From positions 448,001 to 512,000 of the forward strand of contig CBDCZH010000015.1 in the NCBI GenBank assembly GCA_965224485.1: a DNA stretch of 64,000 bases, read 5' to 3'. Each line of letters starts with the position of its first letter. Within the stretch, counting starts at the first letter, position 1. Made by a program: the position numbers and the translations under genes. The notes under the pieces were generated by a model. That model was not told the DNA's origin and made no database searches. It was given only the letters and a program-made list of their open reading frames with translations. Of the stretch, positions 14,098-24,644 are shown piece after piece. This DNA is from Arcobacteraceae bacterium (GTDB lineage: Bacteria; Campylobacterota; Campylobacteria; Campylobacterales; Arcobacteraceae).

Positions 14098-15453
14098 TTA
14101 GTTTAACTCTTTACCTAATAATTTATCAATCTTTGCTAAAGAGAGCTTATAATCATGTACATACTTAAAATAATCAGCTTTTATATAGGCTTCCATATAC
14201 TGTGACTCTATTACTTTCTCTATTGTAATAACATCAATTTGATAACCTCTTGTATTTAAAATTCTATGTTCTTTTGCAATTGTTTTTGCTTCTTTTAATG
14301 TTTGCATTTGTTTATAAGAAGTATTTACTTTAATAAATTCACTTTGTATCTGTATAGCTGTTGCTTCTTTTAAGATTTCAGATAATACAATCATTTTCTT
14401 TTTGTTTAACTTCTTTTCCATTATTTTATAAGAAGTTCTTTTTGCATTAAAAAGTGTCATTTTTGCAAGAATCCCTACTTTCCAAGAGTTTTCCTGATCA
14501 TCATTTAAAATACCAAATTCATAAGAATTATAAATATTATTTAAAGAAGCGCTAAGAGCAACATCTGGGTAATATTCAGCTTTTGCTTCATTTATTTGCT
14601 CTTGTGTAATTTGTAAAGCAAGTTTTACTTTTTTTATATCAATATTTGAAGTAAAAGCTTCTTCAACCAAAGATTCAAGCTGGTATTTTTTTTCTTTTAC
14701 TTCTTTAGAAGAAACAAGAATTTTAACCTTAGTATTCCAAGATATTCCCATAGTATTAATTAAAGCAAGCCTTAACATATCTCGTTTTGCTTGAATTTTT
14801 GCAAGTGTTGATTTAACTAGGGATACTACTAATTGAATGTGTAAATAATCAGTTTTTTTTATATTTAAAGAATTTCCATTTTCATAAAAATCCTTAGTTA
14901 AAGCAGAAATAAACTGCATTTGATCTAAGGTATCTGATGCTAGCTTTTCAAGTTGTGAACTTAAGGTAAAAGCATAATAATACTTCTTTATATCAAAAAT
15001 AACATTTTGTTTTTCTCTTATTATTGATGTTTTTGCAAGTAGTTTATTTATTTGCGCTTGTTTGATAATAGAAGAAATTTTTCCACCTGTATAAAGTGGA
15101 TATAAAAGGTCTAAAGAAGATATAACAGTATCTCTTCCCATAGCAGTTGTTTCAATATTAAGAGGTATACTACTTACTCCTGGTATTGGTAATGAACTCA
15201 TATCTATTTGGCTTCTCATTGAAAAAGTTCTATCTTCTTTTTCTCTTAAAGCAATAATATTCATATCAAGAATAGGATAATTTAAACTTTGTGCTTGTTT
15301 ATATTGAGTTTTTGCTATTTCTAAAGCAAGTTTTGAAATTTTATGCTGCTTATTATTTTCTAAGGCAATTTCAAGTGCTTTATTTAAGTCAATACTTAGA
15401 CTTTGAGCTAAGATTACATTGTAATACAATACTAACAAAAGAATAATTTTCAT
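14098..15453 (-). CDS. TolC-family outer membrane channel
   Basis: Signal peptide; LNKALEIALENN, YPLYTGGK, AKAEYYPDV; two OEP repeats. Confidence 0.9.
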   Translation of the reverse strand: MKIILLLVLYYNVILAQSLSIDLNKALEIALENNKQHKISKLALEIAKTQYKQAQSLNYPILDMNIIALREKEDRTFSMRSQIDMSSLPIPGVSSIPLNIETTAMGRDTVISSLDLLYPLYTGGKISSIIKQAQINKLLAKTSIIREKQNVIFDIKKYYYAFTLSSQLEKLASDTLDQMQFISALTKDFYENGNSLNIKKTDYLHIQLVVSLVKSTLAKIQAKRDMLRLALINTMGISWNTKVKILVSSKEVKEKKYQLESLVEEAFTSNIDIKKVKLALQITQEQINEAKAEYYPDVALSASLNNIYNSYEFGILNDDQENSWKVGILAKMTLFNAKRTSYKIMEKKLNKKKMIVLSEILKEATAIQIQSEFIKVNTSYKQMQTLKEAKTIAKEHRILNTRGYQIDVITIEKVIESQYMEAYIKADYFKYVHDYKLSLAKIDKLLGKELN

Positions 15454-15604
15454 ATAAACCTCTTTTTTTGATTTAATTATACATAAAAATAATTAGCTTA
15501 CACAATAATAAAAGCAAATTATAATAAATTTTTTTATTTAAGTATATTAATTAATATTATTATATACTAATAAACAAAAAATAATATTTAAGTAAAGTAG
15601 CTAT

Positions 15605-16585
15605 ATGAATAATGAAATTTTAAAAAATTTAACAATACTTTATGTTGAAGATGATGAATTTATTAGAGAAAACACTGTAATTACACTCTCTATGTTAGAG
15701 TTGAATGTAATATCTGCAATTGACGGTGAAGATGGGGTAGATAAATTCCATAAAAATTCTAATATTGATTTTATTTTAACAGATATATCTATGCCAAATA
15801 TGAACGGTTTAGATATGATTGAAGAGATAAAAAAAACAAAAGAAGATATTCCTGTAATAATAACAACAGCTCATCAAGAAATTTCATACCTACATAGAGC
15901 AATTGAATTACATGTAAATTCATATATTATGAAACCAATTGATATAAGTAATTTGATAAAAGCTTTAATAAACGCTGTTGAACCAAGTATATTAAAACAT
16001 CAGCTAATTAGTAAAAACAAAGAATTAATAGAACTAAATAACTCACTTGAAGAAAAAATCGAATTAAGAACTAGAGAATTAAGAATTTTAGCCTCAACTG
16101 ATCCTTTAACAGGAATTAACAATAGAAGAGAATTTTTTAAACTAGCAAACGAACTTTTTGCAATAAGCAAAGAAAATGATTTATTTGCTGTTATGATTGA
16201 TATTGATAATTTCAAACTTTTAAATGATACTTATGGTCATAGTATTGGAGATGAAGTACTTATCTTACTTACAAAAACAATAAAAGATTTATTAAAAGAA
16301 AATGAAATTTTTGGTCGCTTAGGTGGAGAAGAGTTTGCTATTGTTTATAAATTAGATTCAAATAAAGATTCATATGAAAAAATAAATAGTATTAGACAAA
16401 TAGTAGAAAATCTTCATTTTGAAAATGGGAAATCACAAATAAAATTTACTATAAGTGTAGGTATTTCTCAAAAAACAAAGGAAGATACTTTAGTTGATTC
16501 TATTTTAGCAAGAGCTGATAAAGCCCTATATGAAGCCAAAGGAAGTGGACGAAATAAAGTAATTTTTAGAAATAAAGATTCTTAA
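15605..16585 (+). CDS. response regulator REC + GGDEF diguanylate cyclase
   Basis: VEDD / TDISMP / KP receiver residues; DPLTG, DIDNFK, GRLGGEEF. Confidence 0.95.
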   Translation: MNNEILKNLTILYVEDDEFIRENTVITLSMLELNVISAIDGEDGVDKFHKNSNIDFILTDISMPNMNGLDMIEEIKKTKEDIPVIITTAHQEISYLHRAIELHVNSYIMKPIDISNLIKALINAVEPSILKHQLISKNKELIELNNSLEEKIELRTRELRILASTDPLTGINNRREFFKLANELFAISKENDLFAVMIDIDNFKLLNDTYGHSIGDEVLILLTKTIKDLLKENEIFGRLGGEEFAIVYKLDSNKDSYEKINSIRQIVENLHFENGKSQIKFTISVGISQKTKEDTLVDSILARADKALYEAKGSGRNKVIFRNKDS

Positions 16586-16622
16586 GAAATAATTCTTAAG
16601 TATTTAGTTTATTCTTGTATAA

Positions 16623-17768
<1,146 letters not shown>

Positions 17769-17829
17769 GTTTAATTTCCAATTAGCTATAATTTTAAAAA
17801 ACAAGTACGTATTAGAAAAAAGGTAAATA

Positions 17830-18120
17830 ATGACCGTAGATAATAAATTAATCTCTAAACTTGCAAAACTTTCAGGTTTAGAAATAACAGATGAAAGAAG
17901 AGAATCTTTAAAAGAAGAATTAGCAGAGATTATAAATTTTGTTGATAATTTAAAAGATATAGATGTTTCACATATTGATGCAACATTTAATACAATTGAA
18001 GGTGGAACACCTTTACGAGAAGATATAGCAAAACAAGATTTAGAAATATCTGAGCATATTTTAAAACATGCTCCCAAAAGTGAAGATGGATACTTTATAG
18101 TTCCAAAAATTATAGAATAA
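17830..18120 (+). CDS. gatC: Asp/Glu-tRNA amidotransferase subunit C
   Basis: LAKLSGL...PLRED...APKSEDGYFIVPKIIE. Confidence 0.95.
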   Translation: MTVDNKLISKLAKLSGLEITDERRESLKEELAEIINFVDNLKDIDVSHIDATFNTIEGGTPLREDIAKQDLEISEHILKHAPKSEDGYFIVPKIIE

Positions 18121-18128
18121 GGATAACA

Positions 18129-18476
18129 ATGATAAAGGTTTATGGAATAAAAGCCTGAGGAAGTGTAAGAAAAGCCTTAAGTTTTTTTAAGGAAAACAAT
18201 ATAGAAGTTGAATTTTTTGATTTTAAAAAAATAAAACTTGATTCTACACAAATCACAGCTTGGAGTAAGAAAGTAGACATAAATATACTTTTAAACCAAA
18301 AAGGTGCAAAATATAGAAACTTAGGTTTAAAAGATTTAAATCTAAATGATGAGCAAAAGATAAGCCATTTAGTAGAAGAACCAATGCTTTTTAAAAGACC
18401 AATTGTTGAATCTTTAAAAGATTTAATAGTTGCTTTTGATGAAGAACTTTATAAAAAAACGTTCCTAAGCTCTTAA
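18129..18476 (+). CDS. ArsC/Spx (YffB-like) thioredoxin-fold protein, probable selenoprotein (TGA at codon 10)
   Basis: AAGGA RBS; MIKVYGIKA-TGA-GSVRKAL...EPMLFKRPIV...VAFDEE, 115 codons open apart from TGA 18156-18158 at the catalytic Cys position; absent from ORF track. Confidence 0.85.
18175..18192 (+). promoter_or_regulatory. candidate bacterial SECIS hairpin
   Basis: CCTTAA-GTTTTT-TTAAGG starting 16 nt after the TGA; loop begins with G. Confidence 0.55.
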
Positions 18477-18508
18477 AATACAAAGAAGAAAACTTCTTTG
18501 TATTTTAA
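18473..18508. terminator. bidirectional intrinsic terminator between convergent genes
   Basis: Perfect 16-bp inverted repeat ttaaaatacaaagaag-aaaa-cttctttgtattttaa. Confidence 0.8.
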
Positions 18509-18512
18509 ACCT

Positions 18513-18588
18513 ACAAACTACAACTTTAAAACTAACTAACCTAACAACTTAAAAACATATAAACTTACTAACCTACTAACTTAAAAAC
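18513..18588. repeat. degenerate direct repeats in a G-free tract
   Basis: actaacctaacaacttaaaaac (18535-18556), actaacctactaacttaaaaac (18567-18588), weaker copy 18513-18532. Confidence 0.6.
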
Positions 18589-19946
18589 TACATCCCCGCC
18601 CTAGCTTCTTTTAAAGTCTGAGCAATCATAAACGATAACTCTAAAGCTTGATCAGCATTTAATCTTGGATCACATTGAGTATGATATCTATTACTTAAAG
18701 CATCTTGAGTTACAGCAGAAGAAGTAGAACCAGTACATTCAGTAACATTTTGCCCTGTCATTTCTAAATGAATTCCACCTGCATAAGTACCTTCCGTTTT
18801 ATGTATTTGAAAAAATTGTTTAACTTCTGTTAAAATATCTTCAAAGTCTCTAGTTTTATAACCATTTGAAGCTTTTATTGTATTTCCGTGCATTGGATCA
18901 CATGACCATAATATATTTCTACCCTCAGATTTTACTCTTTTCAAAAGTTTTGGAAAAGTATCTTCTACTTTATTTGCACCCATTCTTACAATTAAGTTTA
19001 ATCTTCCTTCTTCGTTATGAGGATTTAAAGCATCAATTAATTCTATTAATTCATCTTCTTTCATAGAAGGTCCAACTTTACAACCAATTGGATTTTTAAT
19101 ACCTCTGAAATACTCAATATGAGCTTCACTTAAATCTCTTGTTCTATCTCCTATCCATAACATATGAGCACTACAGTCATACCAGTCATTCGTTAATGAA
19201 TCTTGTCGTGTAAGTGCTTGTTCATAATTTAATAATAAAGCTTCATGAGAAGTAAACAAAGTCGTATGGGTTAATTGGTCAGTATTATTAGACTCAATTC
19301 CACAGGCTTTCATAAAGGCTAAAGTTTCAGAAATTTTTGAAGCTAATTCCTCATATTTAACACCCAATGCATTATCTTTAATAAAATCAAGATTCCAAGA
19401 ATGAACGTTATTCAAATTTGCCATTCCACCTCTAGAAAATGCTCTTAATAAGTTCAAGGTAGCAGCACTTTGATTATATGCTTTTAATAACTTATTTGGG
19501 TTTGGCATTCTTGAGTCTTTTGTAAAAGCAGAAGAATTAATTATATCTCCTCTATAAGAAGGTAAAGATATTCCATTTATTTCTTCAAAATCACTAGATC
19601 TAGGTTTTGCGAATTGTCCTGCTATTCTTCCTACTTTAACTATTGGACAGCCACCTGAAAAAGTTAATACAACTGCCATTTGCATCATAACTTTGAATAA
19701 ATCTTTTATATTATTTGCATTAAAAGCATCAAAAGATTCGGCACAATCTCCACCTTGTAATAAAAAAGACTTTCCATTTACCACATCTGCTAGTTTTGAT
19801 TTTAAATCTCTTGCCTCTCCTGCAAAAATTAAAGGAGGATAAGAAGATAACTCTTTTTCAACATTAAGTAGTTTATCTAAATCATTATATGTTGGTTGCT
19901 GTTTGATTGGAAAATCTCTCCAGCTACTTGGATTCCAATTATTCAT
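18588..19946 (-). CDS. class II DAHP synthase
   Basis: [52 protein letters not shown]. Confidence 0.96.
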   Translation of the reverse strand: MNNWNPSSWRDFPIKQQPTYNDLDKLLNVEKELSSYPPLIFAGEARDLKSKLADVVNGKSFLLQGGDCAESFDAFNANNIKDLFKVMMQMAVVLTFSGGCPIVKVGRIAGQFAKPRSSDFEEINGISLPSYRGDIINSSAFTKDSRMPNPNKLLKAYNQSAATLNLLRAFSRGGMANLNNVHSWNLDFIKDNALGVKYEELASKISETLAFMKACGIESNNTDQLTHTTLFTSHEALLLNYEQALTRQDSLTNDWYDCSAHMLWIGDRTRDLSEAHIEYFRGIKNPIGCKVGPSMKEDELIELIDALNPHNEEGRLNLIVRMGANKVEDTFPKLLKRVKSEGRNILWSCDPMHGNTIKASNGYKTRDFEDILTEVKQFFQIHKTEGTYAGGIHLEMTGQNVTECTGSTSSAVTQDALSNRYHTQCDPRLNADQALELSFMIAQTLKEARAGM

Positions 19947-20028
19947 ATTACTCTCCTTTTTATTTTACTACGGTGATTCTAACTAATTGTTACTTAGTAT
20001 ATATGATTACATAACAAGAAGCTAAAAA

Positions 20029-21021
20029 CTAATTAAGTAATTTTTCTAATAATTCTTCAAATGAAACTTTAAATGAGTCTAAACCATCATTTAATAAGGT
20101 TTCATAAACTTCTTCAATTGCAATATCTTTGCTTTTTAATAAAGCAAAAAATTTATCACAATCATTTTCACTTATAACTTCACTTTCTTCTTTCTTACCA
20201 TCTTTAATCCAGTCTTCTATTGTTGCTAAAGGAGCTGTATTCACTGAATTTTTATATAAAAGATTATCAACATAATATGTAGGACTTAAATTATCATCTT
20301 TAACCCCAGTACTTGCAAATAATGTTCTTATATTGACGTTATTTAATTTATTTACTTCGTGATAACATTTACTTGCATTAATAATTCCAAGTTTTGCTGT
20401 TGGAATATCTTTTTGTAAAAATTCTTTATCACATAATCTATCAAATCTTGATACAAAAACAGAAACAACAGCTTGTATATCTTTATTTGATTCTTTTATT
20501 CCTTCATCTAAAGCTTTTGCACATTCATTTGCTTGTTTTGGTGAGAAAATTAGTGTTGCATTAACATGAATACCTCTACTTGTTAACTCTTTCATAGCAA
20601 TATAACCAGCAGGCGTTGCTGGCACTTTTATCATCACATTATCTTCTTCTATGCAAGTACTTAATCTAATTCCTTCTTCTATTGTAGCTTGGGAATCATC
20701 ACATAAACTAGGATCTACTTCTAAAGAGATAAAACCATCTTCTTTAGCATTTTTATGTTGTTCTTTTAATAGTGTTGCTGCTCTTTTTATATCTTTTAAT
20801 GCTAACTCTTCATATATAGTCTTAGCCCCATTTGCTTGAAGCATATCAAGTTGTTGTCTATAAGCTAAAGATGTTGTAATAGATGAGGCAAAAATTGCAG
20901 GATTTGAAGTAGCACCTTGAATAATCTCATCTTTTATTAAACTTTGAAACCTATTTTCTAAAAATTCTCTTTCTATAAAATCACACCAAAGTGAAAAGTT
21001 AATATCTTCTTTTAAACTCAT
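20029..21021 (-). CDS. tal: transaldolase
   Basis: GATSNPAIF, VMIKVPAT, VNATLIFS, SVFVSRFD, LFASTGVK. Confidence 0.95.
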   Translation of the reverse strand: MSLKEDINFSLWCDFIEREFLENRFQSLIKDEIIQGATSNPAIFASSITTSLAYRQQLDMLQANGAKTIYEELALKDIKRAATLLKEQHKNAKEDGFISLEVDPSLCDDSQATIEEGIRLSTCIEEDNVMIKVPATPAGYIAMKELTSRGIHVNATLIFSPKQANECAKALDEGIKESNKDIQAVVSVFVSRFDRLCDKEFLQKDIPTAKLGIINASKCYHEVNKLNNVNIRTLFASTGVKDDNLSPTYYVDNLLYKNSVNTAPLATIEDWIKDGKKEESEVISENDCDKFFALLKSKDIAIEEVYETLLNDGLDSFKVSFEELLEKLLN

Positions 21022-21031
21022 TTCTAAACTC

Positions 21032-21652
21032 CTATATTTCTTTTAAGATTTGCGATAAATCTTTTGTATCAATTATTATATTTGCTTCTTTTTTTAAAAT
21101 ATCTTTTGCACAAAAAGCAACTCTTTTATTAGCATATTTAAACATTGAAACATCATTAGCACCATCACCTACGACTAAAGTATCTTCTTCACTAAGGCCT
21201 AAAAATGACTGAAGTCTTTGAATCATATCACCTTTACTAAAACCAAACATCATATCTCCACCAACTAAACCTGTTAATAAAGAGTTCTTTTCATGTAAAA
21301 CATTTGAAAAAGTTGCATCTAAATTTAGTTTTTTCATTGCAGGGTCAGTTCCTATTCTAAAACCACCTGAGAAACAAATAACCTTATAACCTTTTTCTTT
21401 TAACTTAGCAACCGTTTCATAAGCACCTGGCATTAAAGGTAAATTCTTACAAATATCTACTGCATCTTTATATGCAAGTCCTTTTAATAAAGAAACTCTC
21501 TCAATCAAAGATTCAAAAAAATCAACTCTTCCACTCATAGAGTCATTGGTGATTTTTGCTACTTTTTGCTCTAAACCTAAAGGGCGTGCTAAAAAATCTA
21601 TTGTTTCACCATCCATTAGTGTTGAGTCAAAATCAAAAACTGCTAACTTCAT
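21032..21652 (-). CDS. serB: phosphoserine phosphatase (HAD)
   Basis: FDFDSTL, SGGF, GDGAND. Confidence 0.95.
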   Translation of the reverse strand: MKLAVFDFDSTLMDGETIDFLARPLGLEQKVAKITNDSMSGRVDFFESLIERVSLLKGLAYKDAVDICKNLPLMPGAYETVAKLKEKGYKVICFSGGFRIGTDPAMKKLNLDATFSNVLHEKNSLLTGLVGGDMMFGFSKGDMIQRLQSFLGLSEEDTLVVGDGANDVSMFKYANKRVAFCAKDILKKEANIIIDTKDLSQILKEI

Positions 21653-21740
21653 AAAGAATTCCTAATATTTTATTTTTTAAGGCTATAATTATATCTAAAA
21701 TTTATAAAATACAAATTTGATTATATATAAAGGTCTTTTC

Positions 21741-22124
21741 ATGAAACTAGCCTCAATTGACATAGGTTTAAAAAGAATAGGAGTTTCTATTTGTTTGGCT
21801 TCAAACATAGTAACACCGCAAAGTGCAATATTAAGAAAAAATAGAAATCAAGCAGCAAAAGATGTAAATGCTTTTTTAAAAGAGTGGGAAATTGATAAAT
21901 TAATTGTTGGTTATCCTAGTGCAAGTATTGATATGCAAAAAAGAATAAATCATTTTGTAAATTTATTAGAACTATCTATTCCTTTTGAGTTACAAGAAGA
22001 GAATATGAGTTCAATTGAAGCCTATGATTTAATGAAAGGTGAGATTAAATATAAAAAAGATGGAAGACTTGACTCTTTAGCAGCAAAAGTTATACTAGAA
22101 AGATATTTAAGTAAAAGATCTTAA
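21741..22124 (+). CDS. ruvX: YqgF/RuvX pre-16S rRNA nuclease
   Basis: IDIGLKRIGV, IVGYP, EENMSS, LDSLAA; ATG at 21741. Confidence 0.9.
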   Translation: MKLASIDIGLKRIGVSICLASNIVTPQSAILRKNRNQAAKDVNAFLKEWEIDKLIVGYPSASIDMQKRINHFVNLLELSIPFELQEENMSSIEAYDLMKGEIKYKKDGRLDSLAAKVILERYLSKRS

Positions 22125-23206
22125 ATATCTTTATATTTTAATCGAACCTTGTCAAATTCATCATAATGTTCAAAAAAGATATCTATTAGTTTAGGATCAA
22201 AGTGTTTTGCCCTTTGTTCTTTAAATAGTTTAAAAATATCTTCTAAGTCCCAAGCTTTTTTATAAACTCGCGCACTTCCTAGCGCATCGAAAACATCAGC
22301 AACAGCTGTAATTCGTCCATAGATATGTATTTCCTCTTTTTTTAAGGCTCTTGGATATCCACTTCCATCCCATTTTTCATGATGTTCATTAGCAACAATA
22401 GCGGCTGCTTTTAAAATCTCTTTATTCGAGTTTTTTAACATATCGAAACCTAAAGAAGCATGAGTTTTCATAATCTCAAACTCTTCAAAAGTAAGTTTTC
22501 CTGGTTTATTTAAGATTTCATCTTTTATAGCTACCTTACCTATATCATGCATAGGGCTAGCTAGTTTTAAAAGCTCTGCTTCTTTTTTACTAAGACCATA
22601 TTTTAAAGCAAGAATTTCAGAATAAATAGCCACTCTTTTTACATGATTTCCTGTCTCTTTTGATCTGCTCTCACCAATAGCACCCATTGCATATACTATA
22701 TCTTTTTGTATATTTATAATTTCTTCTTCAGCTTCAATCATTTTTGTGATATTTGTAGTATAAACTAAAATATAATTGCTATTAGAAAGTATCTTAAAAA
22801 CAATTTTATAGGTCTGTCCTTTTTCACATTTATACTGTTTTATAATAAGTTGATTTTCGTTTTCTAAACTTTTTAAATCTTTTAAATCTTTTTCTTCAAG
22901 TAAAAAAGAGAAATTTTCTAGATCTAAATGCTTTTTTGCATGTTCATTTTTAAATAAAGTATTTAGTTTCTTGTTTAAAATAAAAACTGGTTCTGGATTA
23001 TATTTTGGTAAAAGTTTTAAATAAATATTTTCTAAGTTTTTTTCTTTATTTACAGAAAAAATATTATATAAAAAACAGGACTTACTAAAAGCAGTAAATG
23101 AAATTATTATTGCAAGAAAAGCCAGATACCATAAAGAGTATACAATAGCTATTGTATACAAGATAAGGGCAAGTAGAAACCTAAAATATGCTTCTGTTGA
23201 GCTCAT
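22121..23206 (-). CDS. membrane HD-GYP c-di-GMP phosphodiesterase with N-terminal DUF2892/YgaP-like segment and PAS-like domain
   Basis: ETGNHVKRV, HDIGK, HHEKWDGSGYP, ADVFDAL; start placed at ATG 23206 to avoid overlap with acpS. Confidence 0.85.
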   Translation of the reverse strand: MSSTEAYFRFLLALILYTIAIVYSLWYLAFLAIIISFTAFSKSCFLYNIFSVNKEKNLENIYLKLLPKYNPEPVFILNKKLNTLFKNEHAKKHLDLENFSFLLEEKDLKDLKSLENENQLIIKQYKCEKGQTYKIVFKILSNSNYILVYTTNITKMIEAEEEIINIQKDIVYAMGAIGESRSKETGNHVKRVAIYSEILALKYGLSKKEAELLKLASPMHDIGKVAIKDEILNKPGKLTFEEFEIMKTHASLGFDMLKNSNKEILKAAAIVANEHHEKWDGSGYPRALKKEEIHIYGRITAVADVFDALGSARVYKKAWDLEDIFKLFKEQRAKHFDPKLIDIFFEHYDEFDKVRLKYKDI

Positions 23207-23240
23207 ATTACAAGATAAACTTCTTCTATAGTTTTTAAGC

Positions 23241-23591
23241 TTATTTAGGAATATTGTTAACAACTGCAATTGCAAATCCTCCATCATGAGTAATTGAAAC
23301 ATAAGATTTTTTTATATTATATTTAGCTCTTATATGTTTTTTATATTTTATTTTTGGAGCATTATTTTTATCTTTTTTTATTTTAATATCATGAAAAGAG
23401 CAGTTACGTCCAATTCCAGTTCCTAAAGCTTTTGAAGCTGCTTCTTTAGCTGCCCAAAATCCAGCAGCTGTTTCAATTTTTTTAATTAGTTTAATTTCTT
23501 TTTTGCTTAAAAACTTTTCATATGCTTTATTAGCAAATCTTTCATACATTCTCTCAATACGTTTTATACTAACTATATCAATTCCAATCAT
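23241..23591 (-). CDS. acpS: holo-ACP synthase
   Basis: IGIDIV, WAAKEAASKALGTGI, SITHD. Confidence 0.96.
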   Translation of the reverse strand: MIGIDIVSIKRIERMYERFANKAYEKFLSKKEIKLIKKIETAAGFWAAKEAASKALGTGIGRNCSFHDIKIKKDKNNAPKIKYKKHIRAKYNIKKSYVSITHDGGFAIAVVNNIPK

Positions 23592-23629
23592 TTTTCACCT
23601 ATATTTTTGTCTTTATTTATATTTTCATC

Positions 23630-23638
23630 TGCTATAAT
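23630..23638 (+). promoter_or_regulatory. extended -10 promoter, likely leaderless transcript
   Basis: TGcTATAAT 6 nt before ATG 23645, no SD. Confidence 0.55.
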
Positions 23639-23644
23639 ACACTT

Positions 23645-24604
23645 ATGAAAATTATTCTTAATAAATTATTATATCTTATTATTATGCTTTTTATAATAAG
23701 TATAATTTCATTCATAGCAATCAATCTAGCTCCTAATTCATTTTTTGCCTCAGGAGCTTTAAATCCTAATATAACTCCTGAAGCCGTTCAAAGACTAAAA
23801 GCTGTTTATGGTTTAGACAAAAGTCTAAGTGAGCAATATTTTTCTTGGGTTTATGCAATCATGCAGTTTAATTTTGGAATATCCTTTAGCTCAGGAGAAC
23901 TAGTAAAAGATGAAATTCTTTCAAGAATTCCTATTACTTTGAGTATTAATATTATTTCAATGTTCTTTATTTTTTGTATTTCTTTATTTATTGGTATAAA
24001 AGCTGCATTAAATAAAGGAAGCTTATTTGATAGATTTACTCAACACTTATCACTTCTTAGTTTTTCAATGCCATCTTTTTATCTTGCTTTGCTTTGTATT
24101 TTAGTATTCTCTGTTACTTTTGAGATTTTACCAATAGCTGGAATGCATTCTATAAAAAATGATGGTAGTTTTGCATATTATTTAGATTTTGCCTGGCATT
24201 TAATTTTACCAATTTTTATAATTATTTTTGGAGGTATTGGATCTTTAAGTATTTATATAAGATCCCTTACTATTGAAATTCTAAAATCTGATTATATCTT
24301 TTTTGCAAAAACAAGAGCTTTGGATAAAAAAACTATCTTAAGACATTATATTTTACCTAATTTATATCCTCCTGTAATTACACTTCTTGGACTTTCTTTA
24401 CCTGGTATTATAGGTGGTTCTGTTATTTTAGAAACGATTTTTTCTATTGATGGAATGGGTTTATTGTTTTTTAACTCTGCATTAGGACATGATTATCCAG
24501 TTATAATGGGAATTTTAATAATTGGGGCATTTTTAACACTACTTGGAAATATTTTGGCAGATTTAATTTTGTTGAAATTAAATCCTAACTATAATAACAA
24601 ATAA
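23645..24604 (+). CDS. DppB/OppB-family ABC transporter permease
   Basis: GLDKSLSEQY, HLILP, SDYIFFAKTRAL EAA loop, GGSVILETIFS, DYPVIMG. Confidence 0.9.
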   Translation: MKIILNKLLYLIIMLFIISIISFIAINLAPNSFFASGALNPNITPEAVQRLKAVYGLDKSLSEQYFSWVYAIMQFNFGISFSSGELVKDEILSRIPITLSINIISMFFIFCISLFIGIKAALNKGSLFDRFTQHLSLLSFSMPSFYLALLCILVFSVTFEILPIAGMHSIKNDGSFAYYLDFAWHLILPIFIIIFGGIGSLSIYIRSLTIEILKSDYIFFAKTRALDKKTILRHYILPNLYPPVITLLGLSLPGIIGGSVILETIFSIDGMGLLFFNSALGHDYPVIMGILIIGAFLTLLGNILADLILLKLNPNYNNK

Positions 24605-24644
24605 ACTTTTACTAATCATAAATATAGTAAACAAAAGGAAATAA

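Noticed and set aside
18513..18588. Mini CRISPR array
   Set aside because: Repeats are degenerate, low-complexity, gaps only 2-10 nt, no cas genes
23207..23302. N-terminal extension of the HD-GYP ORF in the track
   Set aside because: Overlaps acpS on the same strand in another frame; ATG 23206 is more plausible
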